Shown piece after piece: positions 1 through 13,197 of a stretch of DNA of 64,000 nt (positions are counted from its first letter, which is position 1; every line of letters starts with the position of its first letter). The notes beneath the pieces were generated by a model that was not told the origin of the DNA, did no database searches, and saw only the letters and a program-made list of their open reading frames with translations. A program made the position numbers and the translations under genes. The stretch is taken from assembly GCA_964016885.1 (NCBI GenBank), contig OZ024740.1, positions 325,438,001 to 325,502,000 on the forward strand, given 5' to 3'. This DNA comes from Eledone cirrhosa. Taxonomy: Eukaryota.

Positions 1-10
1 TATATATATA

Positions 11-91
11 TAGTTATGTAATAAACAACATAAGATAATTATTTCATTTACCAGTGGTTATAATTATCTTATGTTGTTTATTACATAACTA
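11..91. repeat. Perfect inverted repeat (31-bp arms, 19-nt spacer) next to (TA)n
   Basis: tagttatgtaataaacaacataagataatta (11-41) is the exact reverse complement of 61-91. Confidence 0.9.
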
Positions 92-153
92 ATAAGCTCT
101 GTAACCTACATAGAGCTCTCTTTTTTCCTGGACCTTTCCGACGGAATTACTTC

Positions 154-205
<52 letters not shown>

Positions 206-380
206 GTAAAATACTGAGGCGACGACATAGGATAGGACCGAAGATCTTCGATTATTTTCCTACTCACTCGATGTTTTAATTAGGTTAGTATACTTAAGAT
301 GAAAACAGAGTGCACACTCCCACGGTAAATAGTGAGAAAAGCGATTTCGTGTGAGTAGAGATTTAGATTCTCTACCCACA

Positions 381-442
<62 letters not shown>

Positions 443-1043
443 AAATAGTAAAATCGAATCTCTCGGTTTGCAAGTAAATTCGACCTACTTATATGAAATG
501 ATGAGTTAGCAAAGCACTCGATAAGTTGTGGCCTTAGAGTAATAACATACGTTTAAATAGCTTGACAACTCGAACATTGTGGTAGGCGAATCTAACACAC
601 AATATAGACCAAAGTAACGATAGAACTAATCAGGTTGAGAAAAATACACCTGGACAAATCAAACGATTAATCGTTTAAAGTGTTTCTTTGAATCCAAAAT
701 CAAATATCATATATCAGACTTACATGACTGGCAAGCTCACGGTATTCTTGATTCAACGGAGAATTCAGTTTCTCAACAGGTTTTTCGTTCTGCCTAGGAC
801 CGAAGTGATAAGCTATATGTTGCTGCTATATATATGCTGCGTATCGTATCTATAGCTGTCACGTGTTAATTCCGGCAAGGGAAATAACCCCCGGTTTTTG
901 GCGGGTCATTCAAAATGTTAGACAAAGGAAATATTTTAATTTCCGCTAATCATCATGATAAGCTCTCAACTAGATGTTATAAAACAAACATAAATAATTA
1001 ACCAATCAACAGAATTGTCTAATTAAATTAATTAGTTAATTAT

Positions 1044-1141
<98 letters not shown>

Positions 1142-1159
1142 TACATATAATACACACTG

Positions 1160-1190
<31 letters not shown>

Positions 1191-1277
1191 GTTGGAAAGA
1201 AAAAACAAAACAAACAAAACGCAGGAGTCAATAGTACACAGTTTTATTGTATTCACGCTGGATGGAAGTGGAGGAGG

Positions 1278-1313
1278 TTTCGACGTTTCGGACTTAAGTC
1301 CTTCATCAGGAAA
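1278..1313 (-). ncRNA. Minimal type I hammerhead ribozyme motif (PLE-type)
   Basis: Minus strand reads tttc-CTGATGA-a-ggac(ttaa)gtcc-GAAA-cg-TC-gaaa: intact core, 4-bp stems I and II, palindromic ACGT stem III, GUC site. Confidence 0.85.
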
Positions 1314-1764
1314 TTTGAGAGAAACTCTGAGGGGGAGTAAGGAGGGTTTTTAAGGATGGAAATTAACAAGTAAAGAACACAAAAAGTGGGTTGCGAGTGG
1401 ATGGCAAGGGGGCGTTACTGTGTATGAGGGGTGGGTGGAGAAAGGATGGGGGCGGGGGCAAGATAATCAGAGTCCTGGCGGGGATGGCGGAAGGTAAAGT
1501 ATGTGTGTATGTGTAGATATAAATGCATGTGTGTGTATGTGTGGATGTAAGTATGAGAGTCTGAAAGGTAGCGAGTGTATGTGAATGTTTTTTCTGGAAA
1601 GATATTGTGTGTGTATAGAAATGGTGCCTATGGCTGTGCGTGTATATGTTCCTGTATGGGTGTTGGTGTGTATGTGTATATGGGGATGGAGGGGGGCCGG
1701 ATGGGATGAGAACGTATCGAATCGGGAGGCGGTGTGGGGTGAAGTGTGGGTGTGTATGTAGATG

Positions 1765-1858
1765 TGGCAAAATTTACGTCGGTGGGATTTGAGCTCCGAG
1801 AAAAGAGGGCCGGAACATATACTGCAAAGCCTTTTATCCGGGGTTCCAACGGCGCCTT
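1765..1858 (-). mobile_element. Fragment of the tRNA-derived SINE family
   Basis: Minus strand gctttgcagtat...gagctcaaatcccaccgacgtaaattttgcc resembles the SINE head and B-box region seen at 42310+ and 53682+. Confidence 0.55.
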
Positions 1859-2025
1859 AAATCTCCTCTGACAATATAATATTAATAGAGTTACTTATGT
1901 TAATAAGTCAATAAATCTTCTAGGTAGACAGATCGATAAATTTATTAACGTCTATTGCTCTCTTGGTGATCGAATTTTCCGGAAGTCATTACTTACGTTT
2001 AGCTTTGCTGCTTATCTTTATGTAT

Positions 2026-2109
<84 letters not shown>

Positions 2110-2136
2110 GTATGTATATATGTATATATATTTATA

Positions 2137-2167
<31 letters not shown>

Positions 2168-2215
2168 TTACATACACACATAAATACATACACTTACATA
2201 TTATATATATATGTG

Positions 2216-2291
<76 letters not shown>

Positions 2292-2598
2292 TGTGTGGGT
2301 GTGTGAGTGTGCGTTAGATTTATTGCATATCAAATTTAGATCTATTATAAGAAATTGGTTTTTGAACGACAACTAAAACAAAAGGTGTTGAGAGTTTGGG
2401 AACTTGCAGACAGACTCTCTTGACACAATTTAAGAACGTTTTCCACCGATTCCATCTTATTAAACACAATCGTATCTATCTTAATATATAAAGATTGCGT
2501 GTTAAAACCACTGAAGTGGAATACTAGATAGAACTTGGTCAATTAGAAGAGTAGCAGCTAATTCGGTCGATCCTTTATTAACTTATCTAGAAATTTCT

Positions 2599-2678
<80 letters not shown>

Positions 2679-2703
2679 TAGATATATATCTCACACACAC
2701 ACA

Positions 2704-2758
<55 letters not shown>

Positions 2759-2854
2759 AATGCAAAAGGCAACCAGAAATAACAAAGCAAACGACACAGT
2801 ACAATGAACATTTATATTATTAGTTTTACGCCTATATATATATATATATATATG

Positions 2855-2893
<39 letters not shown>

Positions 2894-2903
2894 CTCTATA
2901 TAT

Positions 2904-3080
2904 GGGAAAAAGTTTAATCCCGACGGCAGAGCTCAAGCCGTTTCAACGGCTATTTCGGGGTTAAACTGTTTCTTAAACTGTCGGGGTTAAACTGCTTCTT
3001 ATTACCCACTCTACTACCCTAAGTATTGAGTACTCTGGTGCGTTATGGTCCATCTGGTTCCTTACCACACCTCCTTCGTT
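2904..3080. mobile_element. Short TA-inserted PLE-tail-like element, hairpin family copy 1
   Basis: Shares cgacggcagagctcaagccgtttc and the tail tacccactctactaccctaagtattgagtactctggtgcgttatggtcc with 5987-6190 and 37551-37740; the two parts are in opposite orientation. Confidence 0.7.
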
Positions 3081-3091
3081 ATATATATATT

Positions 3092-3133
<42 letters not shown>

Positions 3134-3562
3134 TGTATATATAAATATGTGGGCGGGTGTGCGCGCGCGCGTGTATGTGTGGATGTATATATATATATAT
3201 ATATAATATATATATAATCACATGGGTAAATGAAGAGTTATACCAATTACGTTTCAAGCTCATTGTAATTCTACAATCACCATGATAAGACGAAGCTTTT
3301 GTCATTGGTTTAATCCACAAAAAGTTGTTAAGAATCAAGCTACGTGCAAAAGAATTCGGCAGGCTTATAAATATGATGATACAGAGCACATAAATACCAA
3401 TGCACAAAATACCAAGATGGAAATATAAGTTGGTTAATTCTTCCATGTTTCTACAAACACGAACACGATGTAAGAAAAAAAGCCACCAGAAAAACACCCC
3501 GCTCAAGGTCCATTATTTACACACACACACACGCGCGCGAGCGCGCGCGCGCACACACACAT

Positions 3563-3593
<31 letters not shown>

Positions 3594-3894
3594 AGCATAA
3601 AACTAATAATATATTTCTTCATTGTACTGTGTTGTTTGCTTTGTTATTTCTGTTTCCCTTTTGCAAATGCGAAGTAGTTTCAGCTGTTAAAGTCCTTTAT
3701 TGATAAGGCTTTGATACATATTTCAATGACGACAGTGGCCACGCAATTCCGCCTAACCAGTGCCATGATCTGATCAGAGAGCTTCTTGCATGATAAGGTT
3801 ACGTTCTCGGGGTAATCCAAATTAAATCGACAATGGAACGGACAAAGATGATGTTTTTAAAGTCTTCGCCTGTTCCCTTGTGAGCCCTAATTCG

Positions 3895-3927
<33 letters not shown>

Positions 3928-3946
3928 ATATGCATGTATATATATA

Positions 3947-3981
<35 letters not shown>

Positions 3982-4315
3982 TCGCGCGCGCGTAACAATA
4001 TTAACTCGATAAATATTTGTCCATTTTTGTGTCTTCAGAGAAGATAGAAGTGATCAAAGAAGTTATGACCATATAATTTATATAGGTATGGTAAACGATT
4101 ACAGGACGCTATGGACATGGGTCTCTCGTTTAACTATATTAACAATTTTATATAATTTCTTTGTAACATCAGCTTCAATCAAAATGCCAGGCTAAGTTAC
4201 AATTACGTATCAAAGTGAAGACAACGCGGAGATGTGCCTAACGCTAACAGATTTAATTATGTAATAACACAACCTTGAATTAATGAACATTCGTATTTAT
4301 TGATATATAAATATA

Positions 4316-4388
<73 letters not shown>

Positions 4389-4389
4389 C

Positions 4390-5800
4390 ATAATTGAACA
4401 TAAAAGAGAGATAAACACAGATATATACATATATGTGTTCAAATCGTAAGGGACCAGATTCGCTAAGGTGAAAAAAATACTAACTATGGACAATAGGGTT
4501 TGCCAGGCTCAATTTAAGAATAAATCAAGAAAATAAATACAAACCGGAATTGTGGTAACTACCGATCACCCATACAGCGCTAGGCTATGCTGTTTCGCAA
4601 ATTAATTGTGATGAGGATTAGCAATTATTGCTCATCAGTGGGTGAAAATTAGTAAGCTCCTCACTTCTAAGTATATCAGAAAACTGAATGGTGTGCGCAT
4701 ATATAATAACGCACATGGTATCAGAACTTAGCGTGTCTCACAAACTCACACTGATAAAAATAGCAGCCAAGTTTACGTCTCTTACAATAAAATAGCTCTA
4801 GGAAAGAGATTTTTCCAAGCCGTATATCATAATTGAACACATTTGAACACTCAATTTGAACACATATGTATATATCTGTGTTTACCTCTCTTTTATATTC
4901 AAGGGTGCCGTATATCAAAATGTTACGTGGGGAAATACGTACAAGGTACGAAAAAAGTAAATATGGGGGTACGACGGCTAATGCATGCAACATCTCACAT
5001 GACGGTGTATAGGTACGTTCTGATACATTTTGGTGTACATGTTGACAGAGTTGGCATTATGGTGCTAACGTGGATTAAACAAAATTACATATGGAGAACT
5101 CATGGGGATAATGTAAAGGGTATACCCAGAACATATATAGAAAATGCATACAGAATAAATAAAAAACATATAAGAAATATATAAAGAAAAATATATTAAA
5201 AAATACACATTAGGTTGTACATGAAAAAATACATAAATTGTTACATAATGGAATACGGGGAGAAGATATACAAACTACTTAAAAGATACATATGTAGGGA
5301 GTGCGGGATAATAGCCTATAATGGTGTATGTTACTGTGGGTGAAATAGAGTGCCTTATTGATGTATGATACGGAATTGATTATACCCATAGAAATTGAGC
5401 CATCGTGTCCTAGCTCCTGCGACGGCGTTATTTAAGATGAGGTGCAGAGTCTAATGGACAGCATTGATTGTGTCGACCTACCCCAAATGGCATACATAGT
5501 CATCAAGGTATGGTGTCGGTTCCCATGGACCTGCGCCGCCACCCCGACTGACGTCCGCTTCCCCGTATGGCTTTAGTTTGGGCCATCCTGTGGTGTCGAT
5601 GCGGAGAGTGTGTACCTTCTCTGGTGTCTGCATGTCATGATAATCTCCGATTTCAGGTTGACTGCGTCATCCTTTAATCTCATTATCTCCATCGCCTCTC
5701 GGACAGGCATAGCCTGCACATCCTCTTGCCGGCCGAATATGCACTGGCACGTTGAACGATGCTCCAGTTGAGATCATACGGGGTGCCGGTGTCCTTCAAT
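4390..5800 (-). mobile_element. 5'-truncated Penelope-like element 3' end (Naiad-like): GIY-YIG C-terminus, long 3' UTR, HHR and tail
   Basis: Minus-strand peptide [34 protein letters not shown], then after a frameshift [25 protein letters not shown] (CxLC...CxH end, as in the 31.3-34 kb element); HHR at 4566-4645; bounded by (TA)n. Confidence 0.75.
4566..4645 (-). ncRNA. Type I hammerhead ribozyme, canonical core
   Basis: Minus strand: tcaccca-CTGATGA-gcaa.taattg...caatta.atttgc-GAAA-cagc(loop)gctg-TA-tgggtga; 7-bp stem I, real stem III, GUA site. Confidence 0.9.
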
Positions 5801-5828
5801 GTATACATATAATATATATGTATATATA

Positions 5829-5920
<92 letters not shown>

Positions 5921-5948
5921 TATATATACATATATATTATATGTATAC

Positions 5949-5986
<38 letters not shown>

Positions 5987-5988
<2 letters not shown>

Positions 5989-6184
5989 AACAAAGGAATT
6001 GCGGTAAGGAACCAGATGGACCATAACGCACCAGAGTACTCAATACTTAGGGTAGTAGAGTGGGAAATAGGAAAAAGTATGACCCCGGCGGCAGAGCTCA
6101 GGCCGTTTCGACGACTATTTCTGGACTCAGTCCAGAAATAGCCGCCGAAACGACTTGAGCTCTGCCGTCGGGGTCATACATTTT

Positions 6185-6190
<6 letters not shown>
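5987..6190. mobile_element. TA-inserted PLE-tail-like element ending in a ~60-bp fold-back hairpin, hairpin family copy 2
   Basis: 6067-6127 is the reverse complement of 6129-6189 with 6 mismatches; tail shared with the 2904 and 37551 copies. Confidence 0.8.
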
Positions 6191-6238
<48 letters not shown>

Positions 6239-6319
6239 AACATATGACCGGACAACCATGTTGCTTGTTTATTTTCCTATCTTTGGTTTGCTTTTATCCT
6301 TCTATGTTGTTTACTTGTC

Positions 6320-6499
6320 CCCCTCGCTTTGCGCGATTTACTGGTCCCAATAACTTTTTTTAGTTATTGCTCGCACCAGCCTGAGGTATATGATTTTTAA
6401 TGCGATGAAATATCAATGATGGTTGGCAAATCAGTGACGAAGGACTAATTTAATCATATCTAACCCATGTGCAACCACGCAGTATTCTTCTTTCTTCTC

Positions 6500-6505
<6 letters not shown>
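6320..6505 (+). mobile_element. Dispersed structured repeat, copy 1 (candidate permuted hammerhead)
   Basis: Co-linear similarity to 37800-37985; lies between (TA)n tracts. Confidence 0.75.
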
Positions 6506-6575
<70 letters not shown>

Positions 6576-7326
6576 TATATTTATACATGTATATATATAT
6601 GTGTGTATGTGTGTATGTGTGTATGTGTGTATGCAATTGTGATATGATCGACGATCCCCTCATTCCATTGAAGTCATCGTCACCTTTCATCATTAGATAT
6701 CTATAAAATATATTAGCAGTCCAGGGTGGGTGGATTGATGAACCTGCTAGAGATTCCTTGTGGTATCTATACCGTTTTCCTACATTCTGAAAACCATCTA
6801 GATCCTAAAACTTCTAATACTATTTCTATCACCATCGCATAGAGTTATGGCCCTTTGCGTTTTGAGTTCAGCCGAGGTTAAAATTTGCCTTCATCTTTAC
6901 GGAGTCGATGAAATAAAGTACCAGTAATACACTGGAGTAATTGCTGGATTTGTGCCAAAAGTAGAAACAATTTTTACTGATATTACCAGTCGTGTCAACC
7001 AGCCAACACCCACCTCGTCCACCTTCACAACAATTACCACCACTACCACCATCACCACCACTACCACCACCGCAACCACTCGATGTATGTCTGTAATGAA
7101 AATGTCACCTGATATGCTAAACACTCTCTCATCGCTAATAAGAGACAACTTGTTGGCGGCGACTGTGTTTGTCTAATTAATTAGTTTTAAATTAATTTTG
7201 TAATATCGTCTTTACGGTGATATTGTGTATTGTAAGACTGATGGTAGTGGTGGTGGTGGGGGGGGGGCAGAAACAACACTGATAATGTGTCGAAGTGTTT
7301 ACATCAATAAATGTATGAAGCTGTTA

Positions 7327-7357
<31 letters not shown>

Positions 7358-7651
7358 GGAGGGGGGGTATTTGTTTGCGTGTATGTATGTATATATAGAT
7401 ATAAATATGCATATACAAATATATAGATATATATGTATATGAAAATATACGTATGTATATGTATACACACACAGACACATTATATATATATATATATATT
7501 GTTATGCTTTGGGAGGGTCATGTTGCCAATAAGAAACACACGCACCACATGCTTTCACTCCAATTTATTATAAATTAAATTTATAAATTTAAGAATTTAT
7601 AAATTTCCGGTTGGTTGGTTGGTTCCACAACCGGACGGTTGTTCATATATT

Positions 7652-7694
7652 GTCAAAGTTCTTTCGTCACACATTCTGTGACCACTTCAGTGAC
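7652..7694 (-). ncRNA. Minimal hammerhead-like motif in the PLE 3' region (core variant CUGAAGU)
   Basis: gtca-CTGAAGT-g-gtcaca(gaatg)tgtgac-GAAA-gaac-TT-tgac. Confidence 0.65.
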
Positions 7695-7895
7695 TGGGGA
7701 TTCTTTTCTTTGTGTTTGTGCCTCTCCTTTGTTCTGTCCTACGCCATCTTGTTTTTGTGTGTATGTTGTGTGCTTAGTTTGCGCATGTGTTACATCCGGG
7801 TGTCTGTGTGTGTTTATATTTGTTTATTTATTTATTTATTTACATGTTACTGGTTGGTTGTTTGTTCTATGTGTGTGTGTGTTTTCATTTTGTCC

Positions 7896-10414
7896 TTAAT
7901 TGTAAGTTGTGATGTTGCTATTCCATTCATGTTTTCTATTTAATTTTAGTTGGAATTCATTTATGTTTATTGCCTCTGTGATTTGGCTAAACATTGCGTC
8001 TTTTCTGTGTGTAGATTCTATTTTTATTTCTATGTTCTCTAATTTACCCTTATGTTCCATTTTAGCATGTTGGTGGAGTAGAGGTGTTTCTTTTCTACCT
8101 TGAAGCGCTCGCCGGTGTTCATTTATCCGTTCTCTTATACTACGAGCTGTCTCACCTATGTACACTATATTCTTATCTCTACATTGTCCTTCAGTACATC
8201 TTATGCTATATACTACATTTCTAGTTTTACAGTTAATATGGGGGCTTAGTTTACAGATTATACATTTCTTATCTATACAGGGAGGTCTTTGAAAAGGGTA
8301 TGTATTGCTAATAAGTGTTTTTATGGAGGTACCTGGTCTTTCTAGTATCTTAATATTGAGTTTATGTTTATCTAGGGCCCTTCTAAATTTGTAAGCTAAT
8401 TCACCTCTAGGGGTTGTATCGATGAACATTACACTCTGGTATTTATTGCTATCATACCATGAGTTCATTCTATAAACCTTATTCCTAGTTCTTTCTATTC
8501 TATTCCAAAATTTGCTCCTGTACAAGGGGCAGGTCCCATTTGTATCATTATTTACCATTTTTTCCCATTTGGTTCTGGCTCCTCTATATACTCTGATTTT
8601 ATCTCTCTGATTGTAACCAGAGAACTGCATACGGTCGATGAAGTGTTGTATGTGTCTCTCTAGTTCTTTGGGGTTGCACATGCGGGACACGTTTCTCATC
8701 ACCCGTACCAAATCCGCAATCAGTATGTTGATTTTGGTGTGTTCCGAAACAGCTGAGTTTCGGTGGATCAGATATTTGGAAGTTATGGATTTGGCATAAT
8801 GGGAATGGAGGATTTGTTTTTTGTTATTAATGGTTTTTAACCAGAGCTCTGTGTCTAGTACAGGTAATCGATGGTTGGGGTGTTTGCTTGGGTAGTCTAT
8901 AGTAACACTAATACTCTGGTGGATGGAGTTAGCTATTTTCTGGATGCTTTTCATGGTGTTTTTCTCTAATTCCTGACTGTTCTCTAGTGGGGGTGTTTTT
9001 ACTACGATGTTTATATCATCAACGTAGCGACATTATCAGGGTTAAGAGGTTGCTGTCTTCTAATTGTTCTTTAAGTTTAAGTTTAAGTCTATTGTCACAC
9101 CATACCATGAATAGGTTAGCTATGTCACCTGCAATGCTAACACCAATGGCTGCTCCCTCCTCTTGGGCATATGCTTTTCCATTAAATTTGAACATATGTT
9201 CCTTAAGGGTTAATTTTATACTGGCCCCCACCGCATGTGCAATCATTTTCTTTAATTCATCTTGGTTTTCGGGGGTCCGTATGGCTCTGCTCCACCCGTT
9301 CCATCTATCTGCGTGGGTTTTCTTAGCCATTGAGGTAATGGTAGGTGGTCTGCCTCTTGCTGGTCTTGTAGGGCACAGATTGCTAAGGTCATATGTATCT
9401 AGATAATCATTACTATAGGTAAGTTTAAGTAGGAGTCCCAGTCCACTGGTATCAGTCCCACGGAATTCAACATTGCTCTCACTGATCATTTCTACGCATT
9501 TCTCCACAGCAAAATCCACGTCAATGGATGGATATAGGGACACAACATCCATACTACCTATTATACAGTTTGTTAGGTCCCTAGATCGGTTACTTTCGCT
9601 GATTCTGCTGAGGAGATACTCCGTACTGTCATATATATCTGGGGACATTTCAATGATGGGGCGTATGATCAGGGAGAGGAAGTAGGAAAGTCTGTAGTTA
9701 CTAGCAATGTTAGCTCCACAGACTGGCCGTGTTGGTGGTCCTGTGACAGGGTTACTGCTTGGTTTATCGTCTTTTCGAAACCCATACGACGCTGGCACGT
9801 CATTATTCCAGGTCTGGAATTTGTTGGCAGTGCTTTTATTGGGCTGCACTATGTTTGTCCACATCATCATATGGGCATTGAGGGTTTTCTCCCTTTCCTC
9901 ATGCTCTTGTGGTGTTACTTCTCTTGTATTAGTGATGTGGGGTTGCATTGCCTGGATGTAGTTTGACAGACTGTCAACCGACATTCTGCCAGACTTGTCT
10001 GTTGGAAAGCATACAATCTCTCCATTACGTGAGCGCTGCGTGAGCTTACGCAAGCCATTTGCAGATTTTTCTCCCAGTTGCTGGACCTCCATTCTATTTT
10101 GCTTCTTGCTACACTGTTCTATAATATTTCTAAGTTTAGATCTAGCTATACTAAATTGTGTTTCTGTTTGTTCATCGACCTGCGACGGCAATTGCGTGCG
10201 TTTGTTAAAAGTTAAAGTCGTGGCGTGGACTCGTCGTAGGTCGATGGACATATCGGAAGGATTATAAAAAGTAGAGTTCCAGGCTGCTGCATTATGTGTA
10301 CTATTTCTATTGTTATTGTTAGTTGTGTTGTTTCTATTTCTATTTCCACCAACAGCCTCATGATTGTTTCTATGTCTCTCATTATTTCTCCTGTCTCTTT
10401 CCTCTGGCTCATTG
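7896..10414 (-). pseudogene. PLE reverse transcriptase / GIY-YIG endonuclease ORF, one frameshift, apparently 5'-truncated
   Basis: Motifs PTDKSGR, PPTRPVC, GSMDVVSLYPSID and QEEGAAIG in the 9019-10440 frame; catalytic RYVDD at 9029-9015 is in the frame of the 7896-8954 ORF, placing the frameshift near 9030-9045; LPVLD; NVVYSIRC...IVYIGETARSIRERINEH...ITEAININE...LNRK (GIY-YIG). Confidence 0.92.
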
Positions 10415-10833
10415 TTATTAGCAATACATACCCTTTTCAAAGACTTCCCTGTATAGATAAGAAATGTATAATCTGTAAACTAAGCCCCCATATTAACTGT
10501 AAAACTAGAAATGTAGTATATAGCATAAGATATACTGAAGGACAATGTAGAGATAGGAATATAGTGTACATAGGTGAGACAGCTCGTAGTATAGGAGAAC
10601 GGATAAATGAACATCGGCGAGCGCTTCAAGATAGAAAAGAATCATCTGTACTCCACCAACATGCTAAAATAGAACATAAGGGTAAATTAGAGAACATAGA
10701 AATAAAAATAGAATCTACACACAGAAAAGACGCAATGTTTAGACAAATCACAGAGGCAATAAACATAAATGAACTCCAACCAAAATTAAATAGAAAACAT
10801 GAATGGAATAGCAACATCACAACTTACAATTAA
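10415..10833 (+). pseudogene. Inverted duplicate of the GIY-YIG domain of the PLE
   Basis: ISNTYPFQR...NSNITTYN matches the minus-strand copy with 12 amino-acid differences. Confidence 0.92.
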
Positions 10834-11032
10834 GGACAAAATGAAAACACACACACACATAGAACAAACAACCAACCAGTAACATGTAAATAAATAAATA
10901 AATAAACAAATATAAACACACACAGACACCCGGATGTAACACATGCGCAAACTAAGCACACAACACACACAAAAACAAGATCGCGTAGGACAGAACAAAG
11001 GAGAGGAACAAACACAAAGAAAAGAATCCCCA

Positions 11033-11075
11033 GTCACTGAAGTGGTCACAGAATGTGTGACGAAAGAACTTTGAC
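11033..11075 (+). ncRNA. Minimal hammerhead-like motif, mirror copy in the inverted arm
   Basis: Identical to the reverse complement of 7652-7694. Confidence 0.65.
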
Positions 11076-11270
11076 AATATATGAACAACCGTCCGGTTGT
11101 GGAACCAACCAACCAACCGGAAATTTTAAAATTCTTAAATTTATAATAAATTGGAGTGAAAGCATATGGTGCGTGTGTTTCTTATTGGCAACATGACCCT
11201 CCCAAAGCATAACAATATCGGTTTCAACACACGTTTTCAGATAAAGAATCTTGCTAAACAAATTCAGAAA

Positions 11271-11306
<36 letters not shown>

Positions 11307-11619
11307 ACAGATGAATGGTGTTATATACTGATGTATTATGATATATACAGATGTATATAGATATAATGTATTGTATTGTAATATATACAGATCTATTGAT
11401 ATTGTATTCTATTGATATTTACAGATATAACGTATTGTATTGCGTTATATCCAGATATATTGTGTAGTGTATTGAAATATTTTCTCGAAAAATCCGCTGA
11501 AAAGAATTAGATATATTTATATAAATGACGATATGTCTAATTTTAATTCATCTACACGACGGACATACACACAGAGAATGTATATACACATATATATACG
11601 TAAACATATTTTGTATACT

Positions 11620-11703
<84 letters not shown>

Positions 11704-11887
11704 TCTCTGTTTATACATACATATATGTGTGCTTGACTTTGCGTGAGTAAATATATATATATAATATATATAATTATACATGCATATATATATATGCATG
11801 TATAATGTCATATGAATAATTAATGTTCCTTGTATGTATAAATGATTGAATACTGTCTTCTACTAAATATATGTATGTATGAGTGCT

Positions 11888-11993
<106 letters not shown>

Positions 11994-12102
11994 CATACAT
12001 ATATATTTGTATACAGTAACACCACCTACCACCGTCGTGTGTGCACACAGAGCATAGGTATCCATTGGGAGTATTTTACTAGTTTATACACAAAACTATA
12101 TA

Positions 12103-12540
<438 letters not shown>

Positions 12541-12714
12541 TGTGTGCGTCTGTGTGTGCGCCTCTGTGTCTAAGTGTATATAGAGGCCCTCTTTTATGTG
12601 GATTCATGCGATGCGGTGTTACTGATATCTGTTCGAATTATGCATAGACTTGCGTAAATTATATTTATGCAAGACACTGAAAATTTACCAAAAACTATAT
12701 ATATATACATATAA

Positions 12715-12805
<91 letters not shown>

Positions 12806-12870
12806 CATATATATATATGTAAGTATGTATGTATACGTACATACATACATGTATACAGACGTACAGTAGC

Positions 12871-12926
<56 letters not shown>

Positions 12927-13073
12927 GCTACTGTACGTCTGTATACATATATGTATGTACGTATACATACATACTTACATTTAAGTAAGTGCCGTACTAA
13001 GAGTGAGAAATGAAATTTCGTTTCATTCTATTCCATATATATATACATATATATGTATGTATATATATATATG

Positions 13074-13121
<48 letters not shown>

Positions 13122-13197
13122 CATATATATATAGATATATATGTATGTATATATATATGTATATGTGTGTGTGTATATATATATATATAAAATTTCT

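Larger units (their letters stand above)
7499..11272 (-). mobile_element. Penelope-like retroelement with a head-to-head inverted 3' duplication (inverted pseudo-LTR), inserted in (TA)n
   Basis: RT plus GIY-YIG ORF on the minus strand; 7499-8314 is the reverse complement of 10415-11214; (TA)n on both flanks. Confidence 0.93.

Noticed and set aside
2757-3670. Transposon defined by ~80-bp inverted repeats at 2757-2832 and 3592-3670
   Set aside because: The similarity is real, but both arms face inward onto TA tracts and no TSD or coding remnant is evident. It is more likely two separate copies of one element end.
10294-10833. Stand-alone GIY-YIG nuclease gene on the plus strand
   Set aside because: It is the inverted arm of the PLE; its N-terminal 40 residues are antisense to the RT ORF.
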